Assembly: GCF_009914755.1 (NCBI RefSeq)
Contig: NC_060939.1
DNA length: 64,000 nucleotides
Origin: the human T2T-CHM13v2.0 reference genome, Homo sapiens
Reading direction: 5' to 3' (one strand)
This document shows, in pieces, positions 41,683-58,238 of this stretch. Each line of letters opens with the position of its first letter. The stretch's first letter is position 1. Under the pieces are notes generated by a model. That model was not told the origin of the DNA and did no database searches. It saw only the letters and a list, made by a program, of their open reading frames with translations. Both the position numbers and the translations under genes were made by a program.

Positions 41683-41849
41683 CAGTGGTTCCCAAACCAG
41701 CAGGCATCCACAGGGCTTGTTATAACACAAATCAATGGGCTTAACCCCCAGAGTTCCTAATTCATAAGTCTGGGATGAGGCCTGATAGTTGCATTTTAAA
41801 ACAAGTTCCCTGATGATGCTGATCCAGGGACCATAGTTGAGAACCTCTG
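41683..41849. mobile_element. MER5A (hAT-Charlie MITE)
   Basis: 'cagtggttcccaaac ... ttgagaacctctg' terminal inverted repeats. Internal 'tctgggatgaggcctga..ttgcattt..aacaagttccc'. Confidence 0.82.
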
Positions 41850-43118
41850 CCTTAGAGCAAATACTTGAAACAAAGAATACAGTCAACATGAGAATGGTTC
41901 CAATGCATTGTCTGAACTAGCTCCCCTGTGTGCTGTAAGAGTTAGGATGGGCCTGTATGGTTTTTTTGAGCATCTCCCTGATTGTGTCTCTGGCCCTTCT
42001 CCTGGCCCCACTTTAAATCCCTGAGCCCAGTTGAGCCAAGTAACATAACCCTCCTTTCAGTGAACCTGCAAGGTGCTCAGCCTAACTGCATGGCTGCCCT
42101 GATAGTTACAAGTGCTGATCCAGCCAGGCTTTGGCCCCTTTCAGATAGAAATCAGAGAAGGGTAAGGATGCAGTGACTTGCTTTGTTGTAGATTCTCATG
42201 ATTGTCCTTATCTTTGAAGAGAAGGGAGAGCAATCACCAGAAATGCAGCAGAGAACTCTTCTTTGCTTTCCTCATTTCCCACCTCTGTGGCTCTTTAATG
42301 GCTTCTTGGTTTTGTACAAAGGGAGAGTTAATTACTAACACCTGCTTCTGCTTCTCCTTTCCTGCATGGCCAGCTCCCTGACTGATAGCCAGCTGCTTTC
42401 TTGACAAGAGACTTTTTCCACCTATTCCACACAATGTCAGCATATGTAAAGAAATAAACATAGTTTGAACACTTTAGCCATACCATATGGACCTCTGTGG
42501 AGAAACCTGCATCTTCCTTCTTCCTTCATAAAGAATACACATTCTTTGCAGGAGGTAAAATAGCCTTAGAGGTGACATCTGCTATGGTTTACTCTTCTTT
42601 ATTAGTAAGAGGTAGTGCACAATTATATTTTACATGGGATGTGTGGTTTTAGGCATCATATGTTCATTTTCCGTATTTTTTGATACTCTCGTTTGTACCA
42701 CTAACATTTTCTCTTTTTAGGTCACCCAAAAGTTAGGTTGAAATTATTTGAATTTCCTTGAGGAATATACCTTCTGGGAATTTCTCCTCTGCGTTTTCTG
42801 TTTTCTGGTATCTAAGATGAACCATTAGAAGACCTCCCGTCATAAGCAGATTAGAGTTTGCTATAAAGCCCTCCTTTGCATCCGTTCTCTTGTTTGGCAT
42901 TCATTGAATCAGGCTATCTGTGTGCTGACTCTTGGGGCCACAGAGAAAAAGATGCATCTCTTGTTATGGAGGGCTCACTCTGTATTGATGAAGACAACAC
43001 ATTAATTAACAATTACAACACATCATGATAAATATTACACTGGAGATAATCAGAGGATATCTGGAGACAGAAGCCAGGGCAGTGCCCTCAGCTTGACAGG
43101 GAGCCTGATGAGATATAA

Positions 43119-44162
<1,044 letters not shown>

Positions 44163-44185
44163 TAAGTATGAAAGGGGATATAGAA

Positions 44186-44483
44186 ATGCTGTCCACCAGT
44201 GTGGCTATTTTTCTAATAGCCACATTTTAAAAAGTAAAATGAAACAAGTGAAATTAATTTTAATACTATATTTTTTTAACCCAACATATTCAAAATATTA
44301 TTTCAACATCAACCCAACATAAAAATATATGAATGAGATATTTTACATTCTTTTGCTTATACCAAGTTTTCAAATTGTATGAAGTGCATTTTACACTTAC
44401 AGGATATTACAATTTGGAATAGCCGCATTTCCAGTGCTCAGTATTTGTGCATGGCTAAGTGGCTGCAGTATGAGACAGCACAG
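44186..44483. mobile_element. MER33 (hAT-Charlie)
   Basis: 'tgctgtcca...tagccacattttaaaaagtaaaa..aaacaagtgaaattaattttaata...gacagcacag'. Confidence 0.8.
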
Positions 44484-45149
44484 ATGTATAATAATAAATT
44501 TTCCTCGCATTTCTGTCCTGAAGCAACTCAGTTTCCCTCCCTAGAGGTAACCATTGTTGGTAGTCTCCAGTGTGTTCTTCCACAGATAGCACATAGACAA
44601 GCAATTATAAACATGCATATGCAAATAATAGGATGGTAATCACACCTCTGAGCATCTTACTTTTTTCACTCAATAAATCTTGGATATGTTTCATATCATT
44701 ACATAGGAAGCAAACTCAATTTTTTGTTGTTGTTGCTTCAGGGTACCTCATTTTATGGATGTCACAAATTATTCAATTAGTCTCTATTGATGGGCATTTA
44801 GGTGGTTTCCAATATTTGGTGCTCATGAACAATTTGGGCTAAGTTTTTAGAGACAAAAAGCAACAGGAGCTAGCTCAGTGAGGATGGGGGAATGACCTTT
44901 CTAGAGAAAGGGAGTACCAGGAAAGAAGGTATGGAGCACAAGGACACATGGTATTTGAGATAATTTCTTGTGGCTTAAGATGGCTGGAGAATGAAGTGTG
45001 TGTGAACACAAGACAGGAGGAGGAGGCTGGAAGGGCAGGAAGAGAACGTATTGCAAACAGTCTTGTAATTGTCATATGAAGGGATTTGGACTTCATCCCA
45101 AAGGACACTCATCAAAAGATTTTAAGGAGCAGAGGAGTAAAAATAAATG

Positions 45150-46362
<1,213 letters not shown>

Positions 46363-46364
46363 AT

Positions 46365-47240
<876 letters not shown>

Positions 47241-47544
47241 GGCCCAGGGTGTGTCAAGGAGTCCAGAGCAATGGTAACAAGGCAGTGCTGTCATTAAGAG
47301 TCAGGCTCTGGACAAAGGCTTTTAGGGTCAGAATGCCGACTGCCACCTACCGCTGTGTGACATGGAGCAAATTATTTAATAAGACTGTTGTCATGGTTAC
47401 ATGAAACTATTTTAAAAGTTTTTAAAATAATTTTAGTAATACTGGGCTCATAGTGCTCAACGAATGTTGGCTGATTAGAGGCAAAGGAAATCTAGAGCCA
47501 TAGCCCTGGAAGCTATGGAAAGAGAGTGGTTCAAACAGGAGGAC

Positions 47545-48282
47545 ATACGTTTCACACCCATTAAGATGGTTATTGTCAAAAAAGTGGAAAATAATAAGTG
47601 TTGTCAAGGAGGTAGAGAAATTGAACCTTCATGCATTGCTGGTGAGAATGCAAAATGGTGTCACCACTATGGAGAACAGTTTGGTAGCTTCTCAAAAAGT
47701 TAAACATAGAATTACCGTATGATTCAGTGATTCTACTCCTAGATATATATCTAAAAGAATTGAAAGCAGGGATTCAAACAGATACTTGTACAGCCATGGT
47801 CATAGAAGCATTATGCGTAACAGCCAAATGGTAGAAACAATCCAAGTGTCCATTAACAGATGGATGAATGAACAAAATGTGGTATATCCATACAATGGAT
47901 ATTGCTTAACCTTAAAAAGGAATGAAGTTTTGATACCTGTTACAGAGTGGATGAACCTTGGGAACATGCTCTGTGAAATAAGTCAGACACAAAAGGACAA
48001 ATACTGTAGTGTATGATTCCACTTATATGAAGTACCTAGACCAGGAAAACTCATGGAGACAGACAGTAGCATAGAGGTTGCCAGGGGCTTGGAGGAGGGG
48101 AAATGGAGAGGTAGTGTTCAGTGAATACAGAGTTTCTGTTTGGGATAATGGAAAAGTTCTAGAAATGAATAGTGGTGATGGCTGCACAACATTGTGAATG
48201 TACTTAACGCCACTCAATTGTATACTTAGTAATGGCCAAAATGATAAATTTATGTTGTCTATATGTTACCACAATATTAAAA
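47545..48282 (+). mobile_element. L1MB-type 3' end
   Basis: 'ttcacacccattaagatggttatt...aataagtcagacacaaaaggacaaatactg...ggtgatggctgcacaacattgtgaatgtactta'. Confidence 0.9.
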
Positions 48283-48439
48283 GGAGGACATGGTTACAGA
48301 GAAGTAAATGAGTTCTTAGTGATTCTCTTTTGAATTTTGTGACACAGGGGCCATTGGTGACCTTTCCAGAGCCCTTGCAGTAGAGCAGACAGGTCAAAAG
48401 ATTGCAGTGGATTGAAGGGTGATTGAGAAGTGTCTAGAC

Positions 48440-48654
48440 CAGGGGCTGGCAAACTACTGTCAAATCTGGCCGCCTGTCTGTTTTTACAAATAAAGTTTTA
48501 TTGGAACACAGCTACACCCATTCATGTGTGTGTTGTCTGTGGTTTCCTTTGTGCTATAATGGCGGAGTTGAGTAGTTGCTACTTGAGCCCACGTGGTCTG
48601 TAAAACCTAAAATATTTACCATCTGGCCTTTTACAGAAAGTTTCCCAACCCCTG
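48440..48654. mobile_element. MER58A (hAT-Charlie MITE)
   Basis: caggggctggcaaact ... agtttcccaacccctg terminal inverted repeats. TSD gtctagac / gctagac. Confidence 0.88.
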
Positions 48655-49129
48655 GCTAGACAACACTCCTGGTCTTTCAAGAACTTTGGCTTTCTTAAAT
48701 AATTCCTGCATTTCTCATGAGGTTACTCGGTAGATAAGTTTGCCCCTTTAGTTAGGTAGCAGAACAGAACCAAAGCTGAACAGTAACAATGACTAAGAAG
48801 GAGGAAGAGGAAAAATTCATTCCTTTCTTTCCTTAACTGGAGATATTATCCTCACTATACCTTTTTTTCTCTTACAGCCCTGTAAAAAGGAATGAAAGTT
48901 CTTCCCTCCCTGTCCCCCGCCAAAAAACTCCCCACTGGTAAATGGTCATGTGACTGGTGATAATAAACTTTCTGAGATGGCTACGAACTGCAGTTAGGTT
49001 TAAAGTTTCCTCATTAATGCAGGAAAATGCTCATAACCTGAGGCTTTTCAAGTGTTTATTAATTTACTTTCTGGGGCTGGCTGCTGATACTTATTTCAGA
49101 TCAAAGAGAAAGCCTGTGTCTTTCGTAGT

Positions 49130-49345
49130 TACTGTGTGCCAGGAACTATGCCACATTTTGTGCCTAGGTGAGCTCATTGATAGTCATCATAACCATAGGA
49201 TGGCATTTCCCTATTTCACAGGAGGGGAGACTAGGGCTCACCAGGGTTAAATACTCACCCAGAGACACACATGAAGAGTTTGAAGTACAACTGGAGTTTA
49301 ACCCACACCTGCCTAATTCCAGGACCTCAGGGTGTTTCCACTGCA
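49130..49345 (-). mobile_element. MIR
   Basis: 'tactgtgtgccaggaactatg...cctatttcacaggaggggagactagggctca'. Confidence 0.65.
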
Positions 49346-50039
49346 CCGTGCAGTCATCCTATCCTCTGTGGCCACCAAGAGCCTCAGAATAGCACCTTGA
49401 GCCCACTCTAGGCAGAATACAGTACTTGATGGGTTCTAATCCATTTTAAACCATGGTCTCTGCTATTTCAGGATAACAGGTGACCATGTAAAGTGTATCT
49501 CAAGTGCATTGTAGGCTTTAGGAAGACCCTTTTCCCAGCCTGCTCCCCATGCTCCCAAGCCCCACTTTGATGGTCTATGTGAGTCTACTCAGAGGTAGCT
49601 CTTATTTCTTTAAAACCATCCTGCATTTCAGTGTACTCTGACAGCACTGTCTGACACTTGGGATTCACTTGTTCCCATGTTACCACCTATTTTTACTTTT
49701 TCTGCAATAATTCCTCAAGCTCTTGGTTAGGCATAGTGACCCAGGGATGCAGCAAGAGGGGGATATAATGGCTTCCACAGTTCCCATCCGTTTGTGTCTA
49801 TACAACTGGTGCACAAACACACATCACCCTTGTGACTTCTGTCCCTGTTGAGGCTGCCCTTGATAATGCAGCTTTTAACTGCCTAGATTTCTGCAACCAT
49901 CAAATCAGATCTAAAAGGGAACTCAGAAGTCATTCACCCAACCTTTGTATAAGTGAGAAAAATAAACTGCAGCCCAGAGCGGACTGGCAACTTGTCCAGG
50001 CAAACACAGCTTGTCAGTCCCAGATCCTGGACTAGGAAG

Positions 50040-50497
50040 GCCCTGGCTCTCCCCGTTCCCAGCCCGGAGCTCATCCTGCTGCAATTCACTGCCTCCTCCC
50101 TGCCTCAGTGGACGAGGTAGGGGCTGTCCCCCTGCATGTGGCGTGCTTACCTTGGAACCCTTTTCATGAATGAGACCAGATGCAGAACTCCACATTGATC
50201 ATTTCTGTCCCTCCCCTTTCTGCTTTCTGTTAAAGGCAGCCCCCCAGCTCCCAGCTGGCTCCTGTCCCCTCCCCCAGCCGGGAGAAGTTATTACATGAAG
50301 AGATCAGCTTACCAGTTTTCTTCAGAACAGAGGCTGAGCTCGAAGCGCCGGGCAGTACAGTGAGGGAGAGCCGAGGGAACCAGCGCGGTGCCTAGCGGAA
50401 CTCCAGGGCTGGAATCCCGAGACACAAGTGCATCTGCTAGCTGTTAGCACTTGGCAGACGGAGTTCTCCTCTAGGGTAGTTCTAACTTTGGGTAATA
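50040..50497 (+). promoter_or_regulatory. Internal promoter and 5'UTR of the THSD4 short isoform
   Basis: Local GC and CpG enrichment (cgaagcgccggg, cagcgcggtg, gcggaa) in a CpG-poor window, with no recognisable repeats. There is no ATG between about 50320 and 50497. The TSS position cannot be determined from sequence. Confidence 0.65.
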
Positions 50498-50569
50498 ATG
50501 TTTGTCAGCTACCTGATATTAACATTGCTCCACGTTCAAACAGCAGTGTTAGCAAGACCTGGGGGAGAG
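50498..50569 (+). CDS. THSD4: Alternative first coding exon of the THSD4 short isoform (ADAMTSL6-beta): signal peptide MFVSYLILTLLHVQTAVLARPGGE
   Basis: ATG at 50498 has A at -3 and an in-frame upstream TAA (50483-50485). The 24 codons include a hydrophobic core and a V-L-A|R cleavage-like motif. A strong phase-0 donor GAG|GTAAGC follows at 50569/50570. The peptide matches my recollection of the THSD4 short-isoform N-terminus. Confidence 0.85.
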
Positions 50570-53491
50570 GTAAGCCAAATAAAATATCTTGTCAGAAGTT
50601 GTATTTTTTTTCAGCATTATATTTCCTCTTCTATCTACCAAGAGGGATCAGGGAATGGAATTTTATGGGGTGCAAAGAGTAATGCTTTATATTACTTTTG
50701 TAGGCTTCTCTTGCCTTTTCTTATATGAAGACTTCTTTTCTTCTTGAAGAATTTTATACTTTCTAAAATGTCATTTTGAAGCTGTCTGTGCAGTTGCCAC
50801 ACTGGGAAGTTGCTCTGGCCTTGGTGACAGATGCCTGTAGCACGCACGCTTCTCCTGCTGTAGCAGAAAAAAAAAAAAGATGTGCCATGTCAGATTTCGT
50901 TAGGGACTGTTACCTTTTGAGAATTTTTCTCCAGTGCTGCAGAGAGAATGTACATGCTAGGGGAATTGCTTTTCTTCCCTGCTTTTGCAACACTTCTCTC
51001 TTTTTTTTTTTTCTTTGATGTGCTTAGAAAAATCTGTGCTTAACTTTCTATCATAGGTTTGAAGAGGGAGAATGATATACAACAGGGCTAGGAGTGTACC
51101 CAGATGTACCTTAGCAGGGAGACATATTTTAAGTTCATGAGGATGATTTATTATTACTGGTTTAGTTCATGTGATTGTTGGGTACAGTTTTTTTTTTTTT
51201 TTTTTAACATCAGTGATACCTCCTGGAGTCAGTTTTTGATGCAGGCAAAGAGATTGGGATAGATGATCATTGAGTCCAGAGAGGGAAGCACCTTGGTGTA
51301 TCCACCCTCACCTGCAAACAAGCCTGCAACGTATTTCCCTCATCCACTCCTTTCCCTCCTTACCCTGATGCCTGAGTAACGAAAGGACAGCCTTTCTCCT
51401 GCATCCATCTTCGTCTTTGAAAAGCCAAATGAAAAGTGTATCTCCTAAAAAGGCCATGAGGCCACTTCACAGCTTTGCCTTTTGTTAGCCTTGTCAGGGA
51501 CCAAGCAGGCTCTGAAAGCCTAATGTAATTACTTTCCCTTGTCTAAGAAGAGTGGAAGTGGGAGTGCTCCCAAGCCCACGGCTGCAAGGCTAGCTGTGGT
51601 TTCAGCAGGCTTGTTGCTCTGTTCAAAACAGACATGCAGCTCAGAGACATGCAGCAACGGGTCACTTGTTGTAGGCTTTTCACTTATTAGTTACTCATGT
51701 CCTCTGCTCTGTAGATATTTTCTGGGCCTGTGGGGGGATTGAGCCCTTGAATGGGAGCAGGAGGAACTGAATGGGTGAGTGATGCTGGAAGCTGAAAGCA
51801 GACCATTGCCCTCTAGTTGTAGTTGAAGTTCGCAATTTCCCTGTTGATTTTTTTCGTGTGTAGAGTGAATGACAAATGGGCTGGCCTCACTCAGCCTGGA
51901 GCATTTAAGCAGGCGAGAGGAGAGCTCATATGGAAAATATTTCTATCACCGCTGCATGCACATATGGTCTGGGGAGACCCCCGAACTGAGCAAATCACAG
52001 TGCTCCAGCAGCCCCTCAGTGGTGTGCCAATTATTCTTATTAACAGCAAGCAAAGGGCAGGCTTTAGTTACCTGCACACAGCTGACTCGTGGGGAAGGCC
52101 ACGCCGGAATCTGTGTGCCCCTAGCCTTGTGTCACATGCAGAGTGGCAAATGGCTCTGCTTCACCTGACAATCAGCAAAGCAGATGAAAAATGAAAGGGA
52201 TTATACAGGCTCACCCAAATCTTGGTGCTTTTCAGACAGTGCTCAGCGTTTGAGAGAGGAAGGCAGAGGTTTTGTCTTATGAGTTAAAAGTATGTGTGCT
52301 TAACATGAATAGCTAGAAAACCCGATCAGAGGTAGTGAGATGCCTGCCCTCCTGCCCCTTTGTTCCACTCTGCTTTGCTAAATAAAGATCCTCTTGGGCC
52401 TCTTCCTCTTTTCTTTCTTGCTTTCCCTCTTTCCCCTAGTGTGTGCATGTGTGTGCATGCGTGTGTGAGTGTGTGTGTGTTTCTGTGCTGTTGGCTCCAG
52501 AACGCCTGAGCTCCTAGGAAATTATACAATTAGGATTCCTTTTTCCTTCTTGGAAATGAAATGATGAGGAAGGAGCATGAGTATGAGTAGCCCCCACCTC
52601 TTAAAAAGAATGTAGTTTATATAGAGCTTTGAAGAATGTGGCATTTATTTATAACAGCCTCTTTTTTATTGTCGTGTTACTTGCAAAACTTACCCATAAA
52701 CATGTGGCGTCGTCACTAAGTCACCAGGATTTTCCTTTTCTCTGCCAGCTGGTTTTCTTGCAGGTTTTAATTATCTTCCCTTTGGATGTTCCTAAAAACA
52801 CATGAGGAGAAGGAAGAATGGGTAAGAAAGCGTCATACACCTGGGGGCGCTTGGAGGGCTGTGTTCTCCACGTGGGGCTGGAAGCCAAGCGGCACACTCT
52901 GGGAAGCAGTTTACAGTCAGTTTTCTAGGGTGTGAGGTCCTTTCAGATAAGCAGGACCTGGCAGGTGGGGAGAGGAGGGCTGTGATGCAAAGCAAGCCTT
53001 GTTTGGCGTCCTGTGGCTGGCACTGTCAGTGCTGGTGACTGTGGTCCAAGGACAGAACAACCTGGTATGGTGTCAGTGCATGGGTTGGAGGACAGACACA
53101 GAAAAGAACTGTGCCTTCTTTAATTTTCCCATTGCCAGAGCATTAAACTCAGAACAGTGAGATCATGAGAATCCCTTTTGTCTTAGTCAAGGTTAGGGTG
53201 GCAGTCGTGTACACTTGTACAGATGGGGCGTATCCCCGAAAAGACTGTAAAGGACTTTTAAAGTCAAGCTGGACTTTTGAGGCATTTGTCAGCGTGGGGA
53301 GCGTGCCAACGTGCAGCTTCTTTGCAGGATGCAGCAGAATGGCGGGGAAGGGGAGGTGGGAATGGGAGGCTTGCATTTTCTTTCTTGAACTTGGACTTAC
53401 CTTCTCAGATAAGACCAATGAGACATTGTTATATGTAGGGACAGGGAGGGAGATGCAACTAGAAATCTGCTACATTCCATATTTGGAATAA

Positions 53492-53815
<324 letters not shown>

Positions 53816-53884
53816 GATGTTCTTTAATTTTGATGGTACAGTATGGCAAAACCTATCAAAATGAAAAATAAATATCTTAGCTGC

Positions 53885-54060
53885 TGATGGGTACAGACAA
53901 GGTTTCTTTTCATGGTGATGAAAGTGTCTTGGAATTAGGTAGTGGTGATGGTTGCACAATTTTGTGACTATCCTAAAAACTACTGAACCATATCCTTTAA
54001 AAGAGCAATTTTATGGCATGTAAATTATATCACAGTTTTTTACATTAAAAATAAATAAAT
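53885..54060 (+). mobile_element. L1M 3' terminal fragment
   Basis: 'ggtgatgaaagtgtcttggaatta..tagtggtgatggttgcacaattttgtga...tgtaaattatatc'. Confidence 0.75.
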
Positions 54061-54561
54061 GTCTTTTGGATCCAGATTTTCCATTTCTAAGACTTTTTAT
54101 CATATAGGTCTACTCTGAGTGTGTAAAATGTTCTATGAGCCACCTGTCATAATTAGGTCCTTTCCATCCTACTGTCCTAGTGATAAGGCATGCTGTGCAT
54201 TTATTCAGAAAGAATGAGGTAGCTCTAGATGTGTAATGAAATGACTACCAGGATATGCTTTTAGGTAGGAAAAGCAAATTGAATGTGCATAAAATGCTCC
54301 CATTGTGTAAAATGTGTTATCGACTATAATCACCATTGCAAATGCTACCAAGTGTATTAACCCTGTGCTGAAAAAAGAAAGGTGAAAAGACCAGATCTTT
54401 GTCTTTGATGAGCTTATACTCTAAAAGGGGCACAGAATACAAACAGTGAATGATCATGCAATAAGGGTCTCTCATTAATTGCAAGAGCAATGGGAAGCTA
54501 CCTAAGAAAGCAAAGAAAGATTCCACAAATGATGACATATTTGAACTGAGGCTTGAAGGGC

Positions 54562-55117
54562 TGTGTGTTGGGGGTCTTCAAGATAACCCCTAAGATTCAA
54601 TTATCTGTCGTGATTCAGTGACTCAGCATACATTGGCAATCACAGCTATGATTTATTACAGTGAAAGTATACGAAGAAAATCAACAAAAGGAAAAGGTTC
54701 CTGGGGTAAAGTCTGGGGGAAACGAGATGGAAGCTCCCGAGGTTTTTTTTTCCCAGGGAAGGCACGCAGGACCCACTTACTTCCCCTAGCAATGGGTTAT
54801 GACAACACATGGGAAATGTTGCCAGCTAGGAAGCTTGTTAGAGGCCTAGAGCCCAGCATCTTTATTGGGGCTGACCACATGCACACCCTCTGCCTGCCAG
54901 CTAACAAAATTCCAGACTCCCACAAGGAAAGCAGGTGTTCAGCATAAACCATATTGTCTATACAGTAGAGGCGCAGCAAGCAAGCCACCCTTACCAGTTC
55001 TGGGAATGATGGGAACCCTCCCCAAATCGAAGTTACCAGATGCCAGCCTAGGGCCAGCCTTGTAAGCAGATCTTTTCAAGGAGAGCAGTCAGGTCTGCAA
55101 TCTTAACTTTTTTCTGA
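54562..55117 (-). mobile_element. Solo LTR, MER21/MER68 family
   Basis: 'aaaattccagactccc..aaggaaagcaggtgttcagcataaaccatattgt...ccagatgccagcc..gggccagccttgtaagcag...agcagtcagg'. Confidence 0.85.
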
Positions 55118-55741
55118 TGGATAAGTAAGCACTTTAAGTGGGAAAAGAGGGGGGAGCATTCCAGGCAGAGGGAAAACATCTATAGAGCCCCAGAAATAAG
55201 AAAGGACATGGCATGTTCTGGAAACAATGCATAGTTCAGATCACAGAAGCATCCATTGTGAGGGGATGTGGCGGGAAATTTGTCAGTCAGCTCGATCCTG
55301 AGAACTGGAGTTTTTCTCTGGGCCTATGAAAGTTCTCAAAATTCTAGATCTACAGTCTTAAGATTATCTTTTTATGACGTGTCATTTAGGTCATCATTGC
55401 AGGACATTTTCTTCTTCATAAATTATTTCCTAAGGAGTAAATCAAATTAAATAATGAATGTAGGACTGCTTTGTAAGCAGTGACACCCTTTATTTAAAAA
55501 ACTAGTTGTCACTCTTCATTCCTAGAGTGTTATTTGTGGCAAATAGAAATGAAGGGTCAATGTAATGACCTTAATGACTATTTCGTGGTACACAATTCTC
55601 CCTGGCTTTGCCTTTCTTTTTCTAGTATCTAAAATAGCCAGTCAGCTATGTGGAACTCACTTGCTAATGCAAGACCCAAGTTTGAGCTTTGGGTCAATCA
55701 CTTGGGTGAAAACTCACCATATGACTTTTCTCATTTAAATG

Positions 55742-56026
55742 TTTTTGTTGTTGTTGTTGAGACAGAGTCTCACCCTGTCACCCAGGTTGGAGAGTAGTGG
55801 TGCGATCTCAGCTCACTGAAACCTCTGCCTCCCAGGTTCAAGAGATTCTTCGGCTTCAGCCTCCCGAGTAGCTGGGATTACAGGTGCCCGCCACCATGCT
55901 GGCTAATTTTTGTATTTTTAGTAGAGATGGGGTTTCACTCTGGTCTCCAACTCCTGACCTCAAGTGATCCGCCCTCCTTGGCCTCCCAAAGTGCTGGAAT
56001 TATAGGCATGAGCCACCGCACCAGCC
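55742..56026 (-). mobile_element. Alu (AluSx-like) with a small deletion
   Basis: Antisense Alu with a (ttg)n tail. Confidence 0.93.
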
Positions 56027-56420
56027 TAGCAATTTTTTTACATTATAAAAACTATTGTAAAAACAAATTCAAGCAAACAAATACAGAGAATAAAAGTTAA
56101 AGGTTCTTCTTTACCCTCATTCTCTCCCCTATCCTTCTTCCCTGCCAAGATGAAATCGTTGTTAACAATTTAGCATCTGTCCTTCTAGAACCATTCTTGT
56201 ACATTTATAAACGTAAGGGTACGTGCCTATGTGAGTGTCTGTGGGTTTATGTGCATATGTGTATGTGTATGCCTATGACTTGCAATGGCAGAGTTTTTCC
56301 TTCTTTTCTGATACCTGTGCTTCTTGTTTCTACCTCATGTCTAACTGCATTTGCTAGAACTTCCAGAATACAGTACTGAATAAGATAAATGAATGTGAAC
56401 GTTCCTGTCTTCTACTAGAC

Positions 56421-56709
<289 letters not shown>

Positions 56710-57094
56710 TCTTCCAGACTTAAATGGGAATGTTTCTAATATTTCATCACTAAGTATGATACCTGTCACAGATTTAGGTAGATACATTTTATCCAGTTAC
56801 AAGTTTATTTCTAAGTTTTTATCAGGAGTGATTGCTGAATTTTATCAAATATTGTTTGCCTTTATCAAAATGCTCATATGAGTTGTTTCCATTAATCTAC
56901 TTACATAGTGAATATATTATGGATTTCTTAATGTCGGACTGTCTTTGCATTCTTGGAATTAACTATCTTAATCATGATTTCTTCATTAAATTTGCTACTG
57001 TATTTGATTTATAAATATTTTAAATTTTTTCTTCTTTTTAAATAAGTGTTATTGGCTCTCGGCTGTATTTTATTGTGCTAAACCAGGGTTTTGA

Positions 57095-57490
<396 letters not shown>

Positions 57491-57793
57491 TTTTTTTTGT
57501 TTGAGACAAGATCTCACTCTGTCACCCAGGCTGGAAGTGCAGTGCCCCAATCACATCTCACTGCAGCCTCAACCTCCCAGGCTCAAGTAATCCTCCTGCC
57601 TCAGCCTTCCAAGTAGCTAGGACTACAGGCATGCGCCGCCATGCCTGGCTAATTTTTTACTTTTTGTAGAGACAGGGTCTCACTGTGTTACTGTGTTGCC
57701 CAGACTCGTCTTGAGCTCCTGGACCCAAGTGATCCTCCCACCTCAGACTCCCCAACTACTAAGATTACAGGTGTGAGCCACCACACCCAGCCT
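57491..57793 (-). mobile_element. Alu (AluJ-like)
   Basis: J-type motifs. TSD tgaaacagttt encloses both this element and the AluY. Confidence 0.9.
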
Positions 57794-58191
57794 CTGAAAC
57801 AGTTTAAACAACCAAGAAGTTACCTTTTTTTTTTGAAGGTTTATTGAACTCAACCGTAACACCATCCAGCTCTTTAGTGGAGTGATGGTATTTGAGTATC
57901 TTTTTAACCATTTATTTTATTTCTTAAAAAGGCATAATACTGAATATATGTAGGAGAACATATGTAATATATAAGCAATTATGAAGTAGTATAATAAAGC
58001 AAACATGTATGAACTCACCACACAACTAAAGAAATCAAAATTCCCAGTACTATGCACCACTCCCCACTCATGTCCTCCTCACTTCTCTCCTTGAAAGACA
58101 ACCATCACCCTGAATTTTATGGTTTTCACTTCATTGCTTTTATTTATAATATAATCACAGGTGTATGTGTGTCTAAAGAATATACTATTTG

Positions 58192-58238
58192 GGCCAGGTG
58201 CAGTGGCTCATGCCTCTGATCCCAGCACTTTGAGAGGT
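58192..58238 (+). mobile_element. Alu 5' head only (~47 bp)
   Basis: ggccaggtgcagtggctcatgcctctgatcccagcactttgagagg, then an abrupt end. Confidence 0.85.

Noticed and set aside
50498-50728. 76-aa single-exon ORF as an independent secreted microprotein
   Set aside because: A strong donor at 50569/50570 interrupts it. The remainder is AT-rich intron-like sequence, best explained as read-through of the THSD4 alternative exon.
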